DNA from: Balanoglossus misakiensis
Lineage: Eukaryota > Animalia > Hemichordata
Assembly (NCBI GenBank): GCA_040954595.2
Contig: JBECUI020000026.1
Location: forward strand, 186,001 to 250,000
Reading direction: 5' to 3'
Length of the DNA: 64,000 bases
The translations under genes were made by a program, and so were the position numbers. A model generated the notes under the pieces. That model ran no database searches, was not told the origin of the DNA, and saw only the letters and a program-made list of their open reading frames with translations. How positions within the stretch are numbered: position 1 is the first letter of the stretch; every line of letters begins with the position of its first letter. This document shows, piece after piece, positions 29,401-41,150 of the stretch.

Positions 29401-32400
29401 CCATCATTTTTTTTCAAAAAATGCAGAAATTTTGATCTTTCGCAAAGTCGAAAAATTGGCATTTTTGGACGATTTTCATGAGCCGTAACCCATGATTTGT
29501 TTCAAAAAAAGAAGAAATTTTGAACTTTCGCAAAGTAGAAAAATTGTCATTTTTGGACGATTTTCGTGAACCGTAACCCAAGATTTTTTTTCAAAAAATG
29601 CAGAAATTTTGATCTTTCGCAAAGTCGAAAAATTGTCATTTTTGGACGATTTTCGTGAGCCGTAACCTATGATTTTTTTTTCAAAAAATGCAGAAATTTT
29701 GATCTTTCGCAAAGTCGAAAAATTGGCATTTTTGGACGATTTTCATGAGCCGTAACCCATGATTTGTTTCAAAAAATGAAGAAATTTTGAACTTTCGCAA
29801 AGTAGAAAAATTGTCATTTTTGGACGATTTTCGTGAACCGTAACCCATGATTTTTTTTCAAAAAATGCAGAAATTTTGATCTTTCGCAAAGTCGAAAAAT
29901 TGTCATTTTTGGACGATTTTCGTGAGCCGTAACCCATGATTTTTTTCAAAAAATGTAGAAATTTAGAACTTTCGCAAAGTCGAAAAATAGTCATTTTTGG
30001 ACGATTTTCGTGAGCCGTAACCCAAGATTTTTTTCAAAAAATGAAGAAATTTTGAACTTTCGAAAAGTAGAAAAATTGTCATTTTTGGACGATTTTCGTG
30101 AGCCGTAACCCATGATTTTTTTTTCAAAAAATGCAGAAATTTTGATCTTTCGCAAAGTCGAAAAATTGTCATTTTTGGACGATTTTCGTGAGCCATAACC
30201 TATGATTTTTTTCAAAAAATGTAGAAATTTAGAACTTTCGCAAAGTCGAAAAATAGTCATTTTTGGACGATTTTCGTGAGCCGTAACCCAAGATTTTTTT
30301 CAAAAAATGAAGAAATTTTGAACGTTCACAAAGTCAAAAAAATTTCATTTTTGGACGATTTTCGTGAGCCGTAACCCATGATTTTTTTTTCAAAAAATGC
30401 AGAAATTTTGATCTTTCGCAAAGTCGAAAAATTGGCATTTTTGGACGATTTTCATGAGCCGTAACCCATGATTTGTTTCAAAAAATGAAGAAATTTTGAA
30501 CTTTCGCAAAGTAGAAAAATTGTCATTTTTTGAGGATTTTCGTGAGCCGTAACCCATGATTTTTTTCAAAAAATGTAGAAATTTAGAACTTTCGCAAAGT
30601 CGAAAAATAGTCATTTTTGGACGATTTTCGTGAGCCGTAACCTATGATTTTTTTCAAAAAATGTAGAAATTTAGAACTTTCGCAAAGTCGAAAAATAGTC
30701 ATTTTTTGGACGATTTTCGTGAGCCGTAACCCAAGATTTTTTTCAAAAAATGAAGAAATTTTGAACGTTCACAAAGTCGAAAAAATTTCATTTTTGGACG
30801 ATTTTCGTGAGCCGTAACCCATGATTTTTTTTCAAAAAATGCAGAAATTTTGATCTTTCGCAAAGTCGAAAAATTGGCATTTTTGGACGATTTTCATGAG
30901 CCGTAACCCATGATTTGTTTCAAAAAATGAAGAAATTTTGAACTTTCGCAAAGTAGAAAAATTGTCATTTTTGGACGATTTTCGTGAACCGTAACCCAAG
31001 ATTTTTTTTCAAAAAATGCAGAAATTTTGATCTTTCGCAAAGTCGAAAAATTGTCATTTTTGGACGATTTTCGTGAGCCGTAACCCATGATTTTTTTCAA
31101 AAAATGTAGAAATTTAGAACTTTCGCAAAGTCGAAAAATAGTCATTTTTGGACGATTTTCGTGAGCCGTAACCCATGATTTTTTTCAAAAAATGTAGAAA
31201 TTTAGAACTTTCGCAAAGTCGAAAAATAGTCATTTTTGGACGATTTTCGTGAGCCGTAACCCAAGATTTTTTTCAAAAAATGAAGAAATTTTGAACTTTC
31301 GCATAGTCGAAAAATTGTCATTTTTAGACGATTTTCGTGAGCCGTGACCTATGATTTTTTTTTAAAAAATGCAGAAATTTTGAATTTTCGTGAGCCGTGA
31401 CCCATGATTTTTTTTTTAAAAATGCAGAAATTTTGAACTTTTGCAAAGTCGAAAAATTGTCATTTTTGGACGATTTTCGTGAACCGTTACCCATGATTTT
31501 TTTTCAAAAAATGCAGAAATTTTGATCTTTCGCAAAGTCGAAAAATTGTCATTTTTGGACGATTTTCGTGAGCCGTAACCCATGATTTTTTTCAAAAAAT
31601 GTAGAAATTTAGAACTTTCGCAAAGTCGAAAAATAGTCATTTTTGGACGATTTTCGTGAGCCGTAACCCATGATTTTTTTCAAAAAATGAAGAAATTTTG
31701 AACGTTCACAAAGTCGAAAAATAGTCATTTTTAGACGATTTTCGTGAGCCGTGACCTATGATTTATTTTTAAAAAATGCAGAAATTTTGAATTTCGCAAA
31801 GTCGAAAAATTGTCATTTTTGGACGATTTTCGTGAGCCTTGACCCATGATTTTTTTCAAATAAATGCAGAAATTTTGAACTTTGGAAAAGTCGAAAAATT
31901 GTCATTTTGGACGATTTTCGTGAGCCGTGACCCATGATTTTTTTCAAAAAAAGGAAATTTCGAACTTTCGCAAAGTCGAAAAATTGTCAATTTAGAACAA
32001 TTTTCGTGAGCCGTAACCCATGATTTTTTTCAAAAAATGTAGAAATTTAGAACTTTCGCAAAGTCGAAAAATAGTCATTTTTGGACGATTTTCGTGAGCC
32101 GTAACCCATGATTTTTTTCAAAAAATGAAGAAATTTTGAACGTTCACAAAGTCGAAAAATAGTCATTTTTAGACGATTTTCGTGAGCCGTGACCTATGAT
32201 TTATTTTTAAAAAATGCAGAAATTTTGAATTTCGCAAAGTCGAAAAATTGTCATTTTTGGACGATTTTCGTGAGCCTTGACCCATGATTTTTTTCAAATA
32301 AATGCAGAAATTTTGAACTTTGGAAAAGTCGAAAAATTGTCATTTTGGACGATTTTCGTGAGCCGTGACCCATGATTTTTTTCAAAAAAAGGAAATTTCG

Positions 32401-33276
32401 AACTTTCGCAAAGTCGAAAAATTGTCAATTTAGAACAATTTTCGTGAGCCGTGACCCATGATTTTTTTTTTAAAAATGCAGAAATTTTGAACTTTTGCAA
32501 AGTCGAAAAATTGTCATTTTTGGACGATTATCGTGAGCCGTGACCCATGATTTTTTTCAAAAAATGCTGAAATTTTGAACTTTCACAAAGTCGAAAAATA
32601 GTCATTTTTAGACGATTTTCGTGAGCCGTGACCTATGATTTATTTTTAAAAAATGCAGAAATTTTGAATTTCGCAAAGTCGAAAAATTGCAATTTTTGGA
32701 CGATTTTCGTGAGCCTTGACCCATGATTTTTTTCAAATAAATGCAGAAATTTTGAACTTTGGAAAAGTCGAAAAATTGTCATTTTGGACGATTTTCGTGA
32801 GCCGTGACCCATGATTTTTTTCAAAAAAAGGAAATTTCGAACTTTCGCAAAGTCGAAAAATTGTCAATTTAGAACAATTTTCGTGAGCCGTGACCCATGA
32901 TTTTTTTTTTAAAAATGCAGAAATTTTGAACTTTTGCAAAGTCGAAAAATTGTCATTTTTGGACGATTATCGTGAGCCGTGACCCATGATTTTTTTCAAA
33001 AAATGCTGAAATTTTGAACTTTCACAAAGTCGAAAAATTGTCATTTTTGGACGATTTTCGTGAGCCGTAACCCATGATTTTTTTCAAAAAATGCAGAAAT
33101 TTTGAACTTTCGCAAAGTCGAAAAATTTTCCTTTTTAGACGATTTTCGTGAGCCGTAACCCATGATTTTTTCAAAAAATGCAGAAATTTTCAACTTTTGC
33201 AAAGTAGAAAAATTGGCATTTTTGGACGATTTTCACGAGCCGTAACCAATGATTTTTTTTTTTTTTAATGCAGAAA
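23499..33276 (+). repeat. Satellite B array, 88-bp monomer homologous to SatA
   Basis: Consensus TTTTCGTGAGCCGTRACCCATGATTTTTTTCAAAAAATGCAGAAATTTTGAACTTTCGCAAAGTCGAAAAATTGTCATTTTTGGACGA (88 bp). It aligns with SatA except for the GTGAGCCGTR insert and substitutions. Confidence 0.96.
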
Positions 33277-33677
33277 TTTCGTCGATTTTTGAAAAAAAAT
33301 CATTTTGAAAATCATCAAAAAATGACAAATTTTCGTCTTTGCAAAATCTCAAAATTTCGGCGATTTTTGAAAAAAATCATGGGTGAAAATCATCAAAAAA
33401 TGACAAATTTTCGACTTTGCAAAATCTCAAAATTTCGTACATTTTTGAAAAAAAATCATGGGTGAAATTCATCAAAAAATGACAAATTTTCGTATTTGCA
33501 AAATCTCAAAATTTCGCCGATTTTTGAAAAAAAAACAATCATGGTGAAAATCATCAAAAAATGACAAATTTTCGACTTTGCAAAATCTCAAAATTTCGTC
33601 GATTTTTGAAAAAAAAAATCATGTGTAAAAATCATCAAAAAATGACAAATTTTCGACTGTGCAAAATCTCAAAATTT
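33277..33677 (-). repeat. Inverted SatA monomers (~5 copies)
   Basis: Reverse complement of SatA (TTTCGTCGATTTTTGAAAAAAATCATGGGTGAAAATCATCAAAAAATGACAAATTTTCGACTTTGC). Confidence 0.93.
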
Positions 33678-34386
33678 ATAAACTATAACTATAATTTTAC
33701 TTTACACAACTCCTATTTTAGAGAACAAAAGTTTAATTTCCGAAAGCCAATTTTATTTTTTCCCGAGACTAAAATTTTAAGACTTTTTTCCAAAATAAAC
33801 TTCTAAGACTTGAGATAAAATTATCTATACTACATAGAATTATTTTATTTCCGGAAAGAAATATTTAATTTTGTAAAACTTTTTTTAAGTAACATTACTT
33901 TTCGCGGGTGAAAATTTTATTTTACAGATGTAAATATATTTTTATCTAATTTCTAGTTACACAACTTATGGGGGCGCTCTTTCTATTGCTACTAATAAAC
34001 TTTTTCATGAGGGCGCAATTCAGGTTTCGGCGGGCGAATTTCTTTTACATGCATGACAAAATATATTTTCAGAAAGCAAAATATTTTATTCTTCGCGGCG
34101 GAAATGAAGCTATCCCACAATTCCCGTACATGAGGACGTTACAGGAGTACATAAATCCAACAAACAGATGAGATGGCTATCTATCCACAGTGCAATGTTT
34201 ACAGATTGTATCTACTACGACCCGGGCAGACAAATCCGGACAATCTCGCCGCCATCGTAGACCTTTAAATGACGCTGTCGATCGAATCGAATACAAGATC
34301 CAGGGGAGTCGGTCCGTGGGAGAAATCGGCCAGGTGCGAACTTGGCTCGTAGGATCGTTAAATTAAAGTCCTTTAAATTCGATTAA

Positions 34387-34734
34387 AGGGACAAAGTCTC
34401 TCTCTCGCTGCCCTTTTTGCCATTAATTATATTTGATAAAAGACAACGTTTGTTATTCTACATGTGGATACATAGTGAATGAACATTCAACCACACACAA
34501 CTTCCATACCTCTTATTGACAGGAGAGTGAAAAAAACTCGCCATAATGAATATTTGTTCTTTACAATTTATTCATTTTGGGCGAGGTTTTACTCTTATAT
34601 CCTACAAACGAGATGGAAGTTGTGTGTGGTCGAATGTTGATTCACCATATATCCACATGTAGAATAACATAAACGGCGTCTTGTATCAAACATAATTAAT
34701 GGAAACAGGCCAGCGAGAGACAGACTTTGTCCCT
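34387..34734. mobile_element. Palindromic MITE, Kolobok-like (TTAA target duplication, AGGG...CCCT ends)
   Basis: TTAA|AGGGACAAAGTCT...AGACTTTGTCCCT|TTAA. The whole 348 bp folds as one imperfect hairpin with its loop near 34560. Confidence 0.8.
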
Positions 34735-35493
34735 TTAACCGGCTATCCCTTCCAATTTCGGGTGTTTCACGTCGAGGACGGACTGAAGCAGCTCCACGCG
34801 ACCACTTTAGAAAGCTCCCCGGTGACCTCATAAGCGGCAGCGCGTCCATCTACGTGATCGTTGAATTGGAGGCACGGTCCTGAGGGACCTGTCTGAGGTC
34901 ATGTTTTCTAGAGCGGCTATATATAACTCATGGTGTCCTGATTAAACGGCGGCGACTGTACCACGGTCACTCCACAAACTGCCAAGGGACAGGGACAGAG
35001 CAGCACTGTGGTTTACTGTACACGTAAAATGTGAAGCATACACGAAACATAATTTAAATGACTTTAATTTAAACGATCCTACGAGCCAAGTTCGCACCTG
35101 GCCGATTTCTCCCACGGACCGACTCCCCTAGATCTTGTATTCAATTTGATCGACAGCGTCATTCAAAGGTCTACGATACGTCGGCGAGATTGTCCGGATT
35201 TGTCTGCCCGGGTCGTAGTATAGTAGATACAATCTGTAAACATTGCACTGTGGATAGATAGCCATCTCATGTGTTTGTTGGATTTATGCACTCCTGTAAC
35301 GTCCTCATTTACGGGAATTGTGGGATAGCTTCATTTCCGCCGCGAAGAAAAAAATATTTCGCTTTCTGAAAATATATTTTGTCATGCATGTAAAAGAAAT
35401 TCGCACGCCGAAACCTGAATTGCGCCCTCATAACAAAAGTTTGTCAGTAGCATTAGAAAGAGCGCCCCCATAAGTTGTGTTACTAGAAATCAG

Positions 35494-35802
35494 TATACAC
35501 ATGATGACTGACAATGAGGGCAACAGTGTATTTTGATGACCGAGGGTGCTGCTAGTCACAACTAAAACAGTCTTGTTTTCCCGAGGGCATAGCCCGAGGG
35601 AAAACAGACTGTTTTGGTGTGACTGGCAGTCCCGAGGTCATTAAAAATACACTGTTGCCCGAATATGTCAGCCATCGTGTGATTTATAACACACCAAACC
35701 GATCGAACTGATGCCCAAGGCAACAGTTCGAAATGACTAAGGTCACGTGACGTCGTATTGACGAATCACGATCGAGGGTTCGCTGCATGGTGTGTTATAA
35801 AT
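35494..35802. mobile_element. Double-hairpin non-autonomous insertion in the right foldback arm
   Basis: Hairpin 1 (~35496-35681) is centred on CCCGAGGGCATAGCCCGAGGG. Hairpin 2 is bounded by ATTTATAACACACCA...TGGTGTGTTATAAAT (35682-35802). There is no counterpart in the left arm. Confidence 0.65.
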
Positions 35803-36384
35803 TAAATTGATCCCTGTAAAATAAACTTTTCACCCGGGAAAAATAATTTGTTACATTAGTAAATATTTGTTTTTTCTTAAGCAATAAAAACATTTTGTTT
35901 TAAAAAGTTAAATAATTCCATCGAGTACATATAATTTTATCTCGAGTGTTTAAAGGTTATTTAAATGTAAATTAAAATTTAACTCCGTAAAATATTTTCA
36001 CCTGGGAAAAATAACTTGTTATTTTACAAAATGAACTTTTTCTTTAAAAATTAAAACATACCTTTTTGAAAAAAAATCCACGTAGTATGAATAAGTTTAT
36101 CTCAAGTTGTTACTGTTTATTTTGGACAAAATAAATCCTTATTAAAATATTATTCTTGGAAAAAATAAAATTTGCTTTCGAAAAATAAAATTTGGTTCTC
36201 TAAAATAAAATTTGTGATAATTAAAATTAAAGTTTTACTGTCAAAATCAAAAAGTTTTGTCCATCAAAATTAGTTGCCGCCACCAAAATTAAAGTTTACT
36301 TCTTGGGAAAAGATATTGTCTATCTAAAATTAAAGTTTAACTTTCAAAATAATAAATTAAAATTGACGTGTAGGGGCCACGATA

Positions 36385-38128
36385 AAAATTTGTCATTTTT
36401 TGACGATTTTCACCCATGTTTTTTTTTTTTTCAAAAATCGACAAACCCATGTTTTTTTTTCAAAAATCGACAATATTTTGAGATTTTGCAAAGTTGAACA
36501 TTTGTCATTTGTTGATGATTTTCACCCATGTTTTTTTTTCAAAAATGGACGAACCCATGTTTTTTTTTCAAAAATCGACAATATTTTGAGATTTTGCAAA
36601 GTTGAACATTTGTCATTTGTTGATGATTTTCACCCATGTTTTTTTTTCAAAAATGGACGAACCCATGTTTTTTTTTTAAAAATCGACGAATTTTTCAAAA
36701 TTTTGCAAAGTCGAAAATTTGTCATTTTTTTGATGATTTCCCCCCCCCCACGATTTTTTTTTCAAAAATTGACGAAATTTTGAGATTTTGCAAAGTCGAA
36801 AATTTGTCATTTTTTGATGATTTTTACCCATGATTTTTTTTCAAAAATTGACGAAATTTTAAGATTTTGCTGTCGAAAATCTGTCATTTTTTTGACGATT
36901 TTACCCATGATTTTTTTCAGAAATCGACGAAATTTTGAGATTTTGCAAAGTCGAAACTTTGTCTTTTTTGATGATTTTCACCCATTATTTTTTTCAAAAA
37001 TCAACGAAATTTTCAGTTTTTGCAAAGTCGAAAATTTGTCATTTTTTGAAGATTTTCACCCATGTTTTTTTTCAAAAATCGACGAACCCATGATTTTTTT
37101 CAAAATCGACGAAATTTTGAGATTTTGCAAAGTCGAAAATTTGTCATTTGTTGATGATTTTCATAAGCTATAACCCATTTTTTTTTTTCAAAAATCGACG
37201 AATTTTTGAAAATTTTGCAAAGTCGAAAATTTGTCATTTTTTGATGATTTTCACCCATGATTTTTTTCAAAAATCGACGAAATTTTGAGATTTTGCAAAG
37301 TCGAAAATTTTTCATTTATTGATGATTTTTACCCATGATTTTTTTCAAAAATTGACGAAATTTTAAGATTTTGCAGTCGAAAATTTGTCATTTTTTGATG
37401 ATTTTCCCCTATGATTTTTTTCAGAAATCGATGAAATTTTGAGATTTTGCAAAGTCGAAACTTTGTCATTTTTGATGATTTTCACCCATTTTTTTTCAAA
37501 AATCGACGAAATTTTGAGTTTTTGCAAAGTCGAAAATTTGTCATTTTTTGAAGATTTTCACCCATGTTTTTTTTTCAAAATCGACGGACTTTTGAGATTT
37601 TGCAAAGTCGAAAATTTGTCATTTTTTGATGATTTTCACCCATGTTTTTTTTTCGACGAACCAATGTTTTTTTTTCCAAAATCGACGATATTTTGAGATT
37701 TTGCAAAGTCGAAAATTTGTCATTTTTTTATGATTTACCCCCCCCCCCCCCACGATTTTTTTTTTTCAAAAATCGACGAAAATCTCGAAGTTCTTGCAAA
37801 GTCGAAAAATTGTCATTTTTTGATGATTTTCACCCATTATTTTTTTAAAAATCGACGAACCCATACTTTTTTCAAAATCGACAAAATTTTGAGATTTTGC
37901 AGTCGAAAATTTGTCATTTTTTGATGATTTTCATCCATGTTTTTTTTTCAAAAATCGACGAAATTTTGAGATTTTGCAGTCGAAAATTTGTCATTTGTTG
38001 ATGATTTTCATAAGCTATAACCCATTTTTTTTTTCAAAAATCGACAAAATTCCCATTTTTTGAAGATTTTCTCCCATGTTTTTTTTCAAAAATCGACGAA
38101 CCCATGATTTTTTTCAAAATCGACGAAA
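36385..38128 (+). repeat. Diverged SatA array, plus orientation
   Basis: SatA motifs with many more substitutions and indels than in 1-23 kb. Confidence 0.92.
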
Positions 38129-40216
38129 TTTCGTCGATTTTGAAAAAAATCATGGGTTCTTGCAAAATCTCAAAATTTCGTCGATTTTGAAAAAAATCAT
38201 GGGTTCGTTGAATTTTGAAAAAAAAACATGGATGAAAATCATCAAAAAATGACAAATTTTCGACTTTGCAAAATATCAAAATTTCGTCGATTTTGGAAAA
38301 AAATCATGGGTTCGTCGATTTTTGCAAAAAATCATGGGTGAAAATCATCAAAAAATGACAAATTTTCGACTTTGCAAAATCTCAAAATTTCGTCGAATTT
38401 GAAAAAAATCATGGGTTCTTGTAAAATCTCAAAATTTCGTCGATTTTGAAAACAATCATGGGTTCGTTGAATTGTGAAAAAAAACATGGATGAAAATCAT
38501 CAAAAAATGACAAATTTTCGACTTTGCAAAATCTCAAAATTTCGTCGATTTTGAAAAAAAATCATGGGTTCGTCGATTTTTGAAAAAAAAAATGGGTGAA
38601 AATCATCAAAATGACCAATGTTCGACTTTGCAAATCTCAAAATTTCGTCGATTTTTGAAAAAAAAAATCATGGGCTATAGCTCATGAAAATCATCAACAA
38701 ATGTAAAATTTTCAACTTTGCGAAATCTCAAAATATCGTCGATTTTTGAAAAAAAAACATGGGTTCGTCGATTTTTGAAAAAAAATCATGGGCTATAGCT
38801 CATGAAAATCATCAACAAATGTCAAATTTTCAACTTTGCGAAATCTCAAAATTTCGTCGATTTTGAAAAAAAATTATGGGTTCGTCGATTTTTGAAAAAA
38901 ATCATGGGTGAAAATCATCAAAAAATGACAAATTTTCGACTGCAAAATCTCAAAATTTCGTCGATTTCGAAAAAAATCATGGGTTCGTCGATTTTTGAAA
39001 AAAAAACATGGGTGAAAATCATCAAAAAATTACAAATTTTCGACTGCAAAATCTCAAAATTTGGTCGATTTTTGAAAAAAATCATGGTGAAAATCATCAA
39101 AAAATGACAAATTTTTGATTTTGCAAAATCTCAAAATTTCGTCGATTTTGAAAAAAATTATGGGTTCGTCGATTTTTGAAAAAAAACATGGGTGAATTTT
39201 CGACTTTGCAAAATCTCAAAATTTCGTCGATTTTGAAAAAAATCATGGGTTCGTTGATTTTTTAAAAAAACATGGGTGAAAATCATCAAAAATTTACAAA
39301 TTTTCGACTGCAAAATTTCAAAATTTCGTCGATTTTGAAAAAAAATCATGGGTTCGTTGATTTTTAAAAAAAAAACATGGGTGAAAATCATCAAAAAATG
39401 AAAAATTTTCGACTTTGCAAAACCTCAAAATTTCGTCGATTTTGAAAAAAATTATGGGTTCGTCGATTTTTGAAAAAAAATCATGGGTGAAAATCATCAA
39501 AAAATGACAAATTTTCGATTTTGCAAAATCTCAAAAGTTCGTCGATTTTGAAAAAAAATCATGGGTTCGTCGATTGTTTAAAAAAAACATGGGTGAAAAC
39601 CATCAAAAAATGACAAATTTTCGACTGCAAAATCTCAAAATTTCGTCGATTTTTGAAAAAAAACATGCGTTCGTCGATTTTTGAAAAAAAAAACATGGGT
39701 GAAAATCATCAAAAAATGACAAATTTTTGATTTTGCAAAATCTCAAAATTTCGTCGATTTTGAAAAAAAATCACGGGTTCGTCGATTTTTTAAAAAAACA
39801 TGGGTGAAAACCATCAAAAAATGACAAATTTAAGACTGCAAAATCTCAAAATTTCGTCGACTTTTGAAAAAAAACATGGGTTCGTCGATTTTTGAAAAAA
39901 AAACATGGGTGAAAATCATCAAAAAATGAAACATTTTAGACTGCAAAATCTCAAAATTTCGTCGATTTTGAAAAAAATTATGGGTTCGTCGATTTTTAAA
40001 AAAAAATCATGGGTGAAAATCATCAAAAAATGACAAATTTTCGAGTTTGCAAAATCTCAAAATTTCGTAGATTTTTGAAAAAAATCATGGGTGAAAAATC
40101 ATGAAAAAATGAAAAATTTTCGACTTTGCAAAATTTCAAAATTTCGTCGATTTTGAAAAAAATCATGGGTTCGTCGATTTTTGAAAAAAAAAACATCGGT
40201 GAAAATCATCAAAAAA
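38129..40216 (-). repeat. Diverged SatA array, minus orientation (mostly long variants)
   Basis: Reverse-complement SatA starting at the palindrome centre 38128/38129 and ending abruptly at ~40216. Confidence 0.92.
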
Positions 40217-40454
40217 CATAGGTACTTGACTCAGAGTAAACAAGATTGTGTAATTGATACATGTCAGAACGAGATAGAGATATCACGCGCTAAGTTCATG
40301 TTTAAGAAATATTAAGATGACGTGTTCCTTTTATGACATAATACTTGACTAACGTATTAATAAGAGGTGGTGAAATTTGATATCACATTATTATCACCGG
40401 AGATCCGTGACGGGAGTCAACGAGCATGGATAGAGTCGTGTAATTCTTACGTGT

Positions 40455-41150
40455 GACCAGTAATAAACCAGAACTATTTGTGTTACTCGGAAAACTTGTT
40501 GAAAGTCTCGTTATGCCTCTCGTTAAGTTTACGATATGCCGGGTACCTCTCTCTGACTCTATGAATATGTTGGGTGGAGAAGGAGAGGGAGAGAATTTAC
40601 AATCTCACCCTTCGGACGTGGCTGATTCCCCAAAGAAGCCCCGATGAGGTAAACGTCCGAAGGATGGCGGGCGTAACAAAACTACAGTGTTCGCAACATG
40701 ACCTCAGGTCCGCCGCAGGTTTTGCATGTTACAGCAGAAAACATCTCCGTCAGACCACTAAAAGTAATACCTTTAGGACATAAATTATTTATCTTGAAAG
40801 ATATTGCTGTATGCAAATTTCATCTCCGGATTGCTATCGGCGAATCATACCGAGGCTGTCGTCGCTATAGTTGGGACCGACAGTCGAGACCCACATTGTA
40901 TTGTAAGGAACGTTTTAGACGCAACTTAATCAAAGCAGGTATAGTTAGCAGAGCAGATTAAGTTAGCAGAGGAGTGTCGGTATCGTCCACCGTAAACAGG
41001 TGTATTCCTATCGGATTTCAAGCGACAGTCAATTCCACTGGTCATCGATGTTTTTCTCCAAGGTGTTTGAAATACGTCTGTTCGAGTCGTTGTTCCAAAA
41101 TATGCACGGATGCACGGAATGCGACCACATCTGGTTGTTGACAACAAACT
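40455..41150 (-). pseudogene. Probable decayed tandem C1q-domain gene
   Basis: Minus-strand fragments across frames, in C1q order: VVAFRAS, KNIDDQWN, EYTC/GGRY..SANL, GDEICIQ, KGITFSGL, then a second set EMFSA, HIVNLTRG, SGLLL. Many stops and frameshifts. Confidence 0.4.

Larger units (their letters stand above)
33678..36235. mobile_element. Foldback-type element: long imperfect inverted arms (~33680-34370 vs ~35060-36235) around a non-coding core
   Basis: 33950-34370 is the reverse complement of 35060-35489 (e.g. CAGGTGCGAACTTGGCTCGTAGGATCG vs CGATCCTACGAGCCAAGTTCGCACCTG). The AT-rich 33680-33940 matches 35815-36235, with a local duplication in the right arm. Confidence 0.8.

Noticed and set aside
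1-33276. CRISPR-like regular repeats
   Set aside because: No unique spacers and no cas genes; the context is eukaryotic tandem satellite.
34740-35058. Transposase remnant in the foldback core
   Set aside because: Too short, with no recognisable motif in the frames examined.
1-40216. Dozens of K/F-rich ORFs with 26-aa periodicity
   Set aside because: They are translations of the satellite, broken by homopolymer length changes, with no coding signal.
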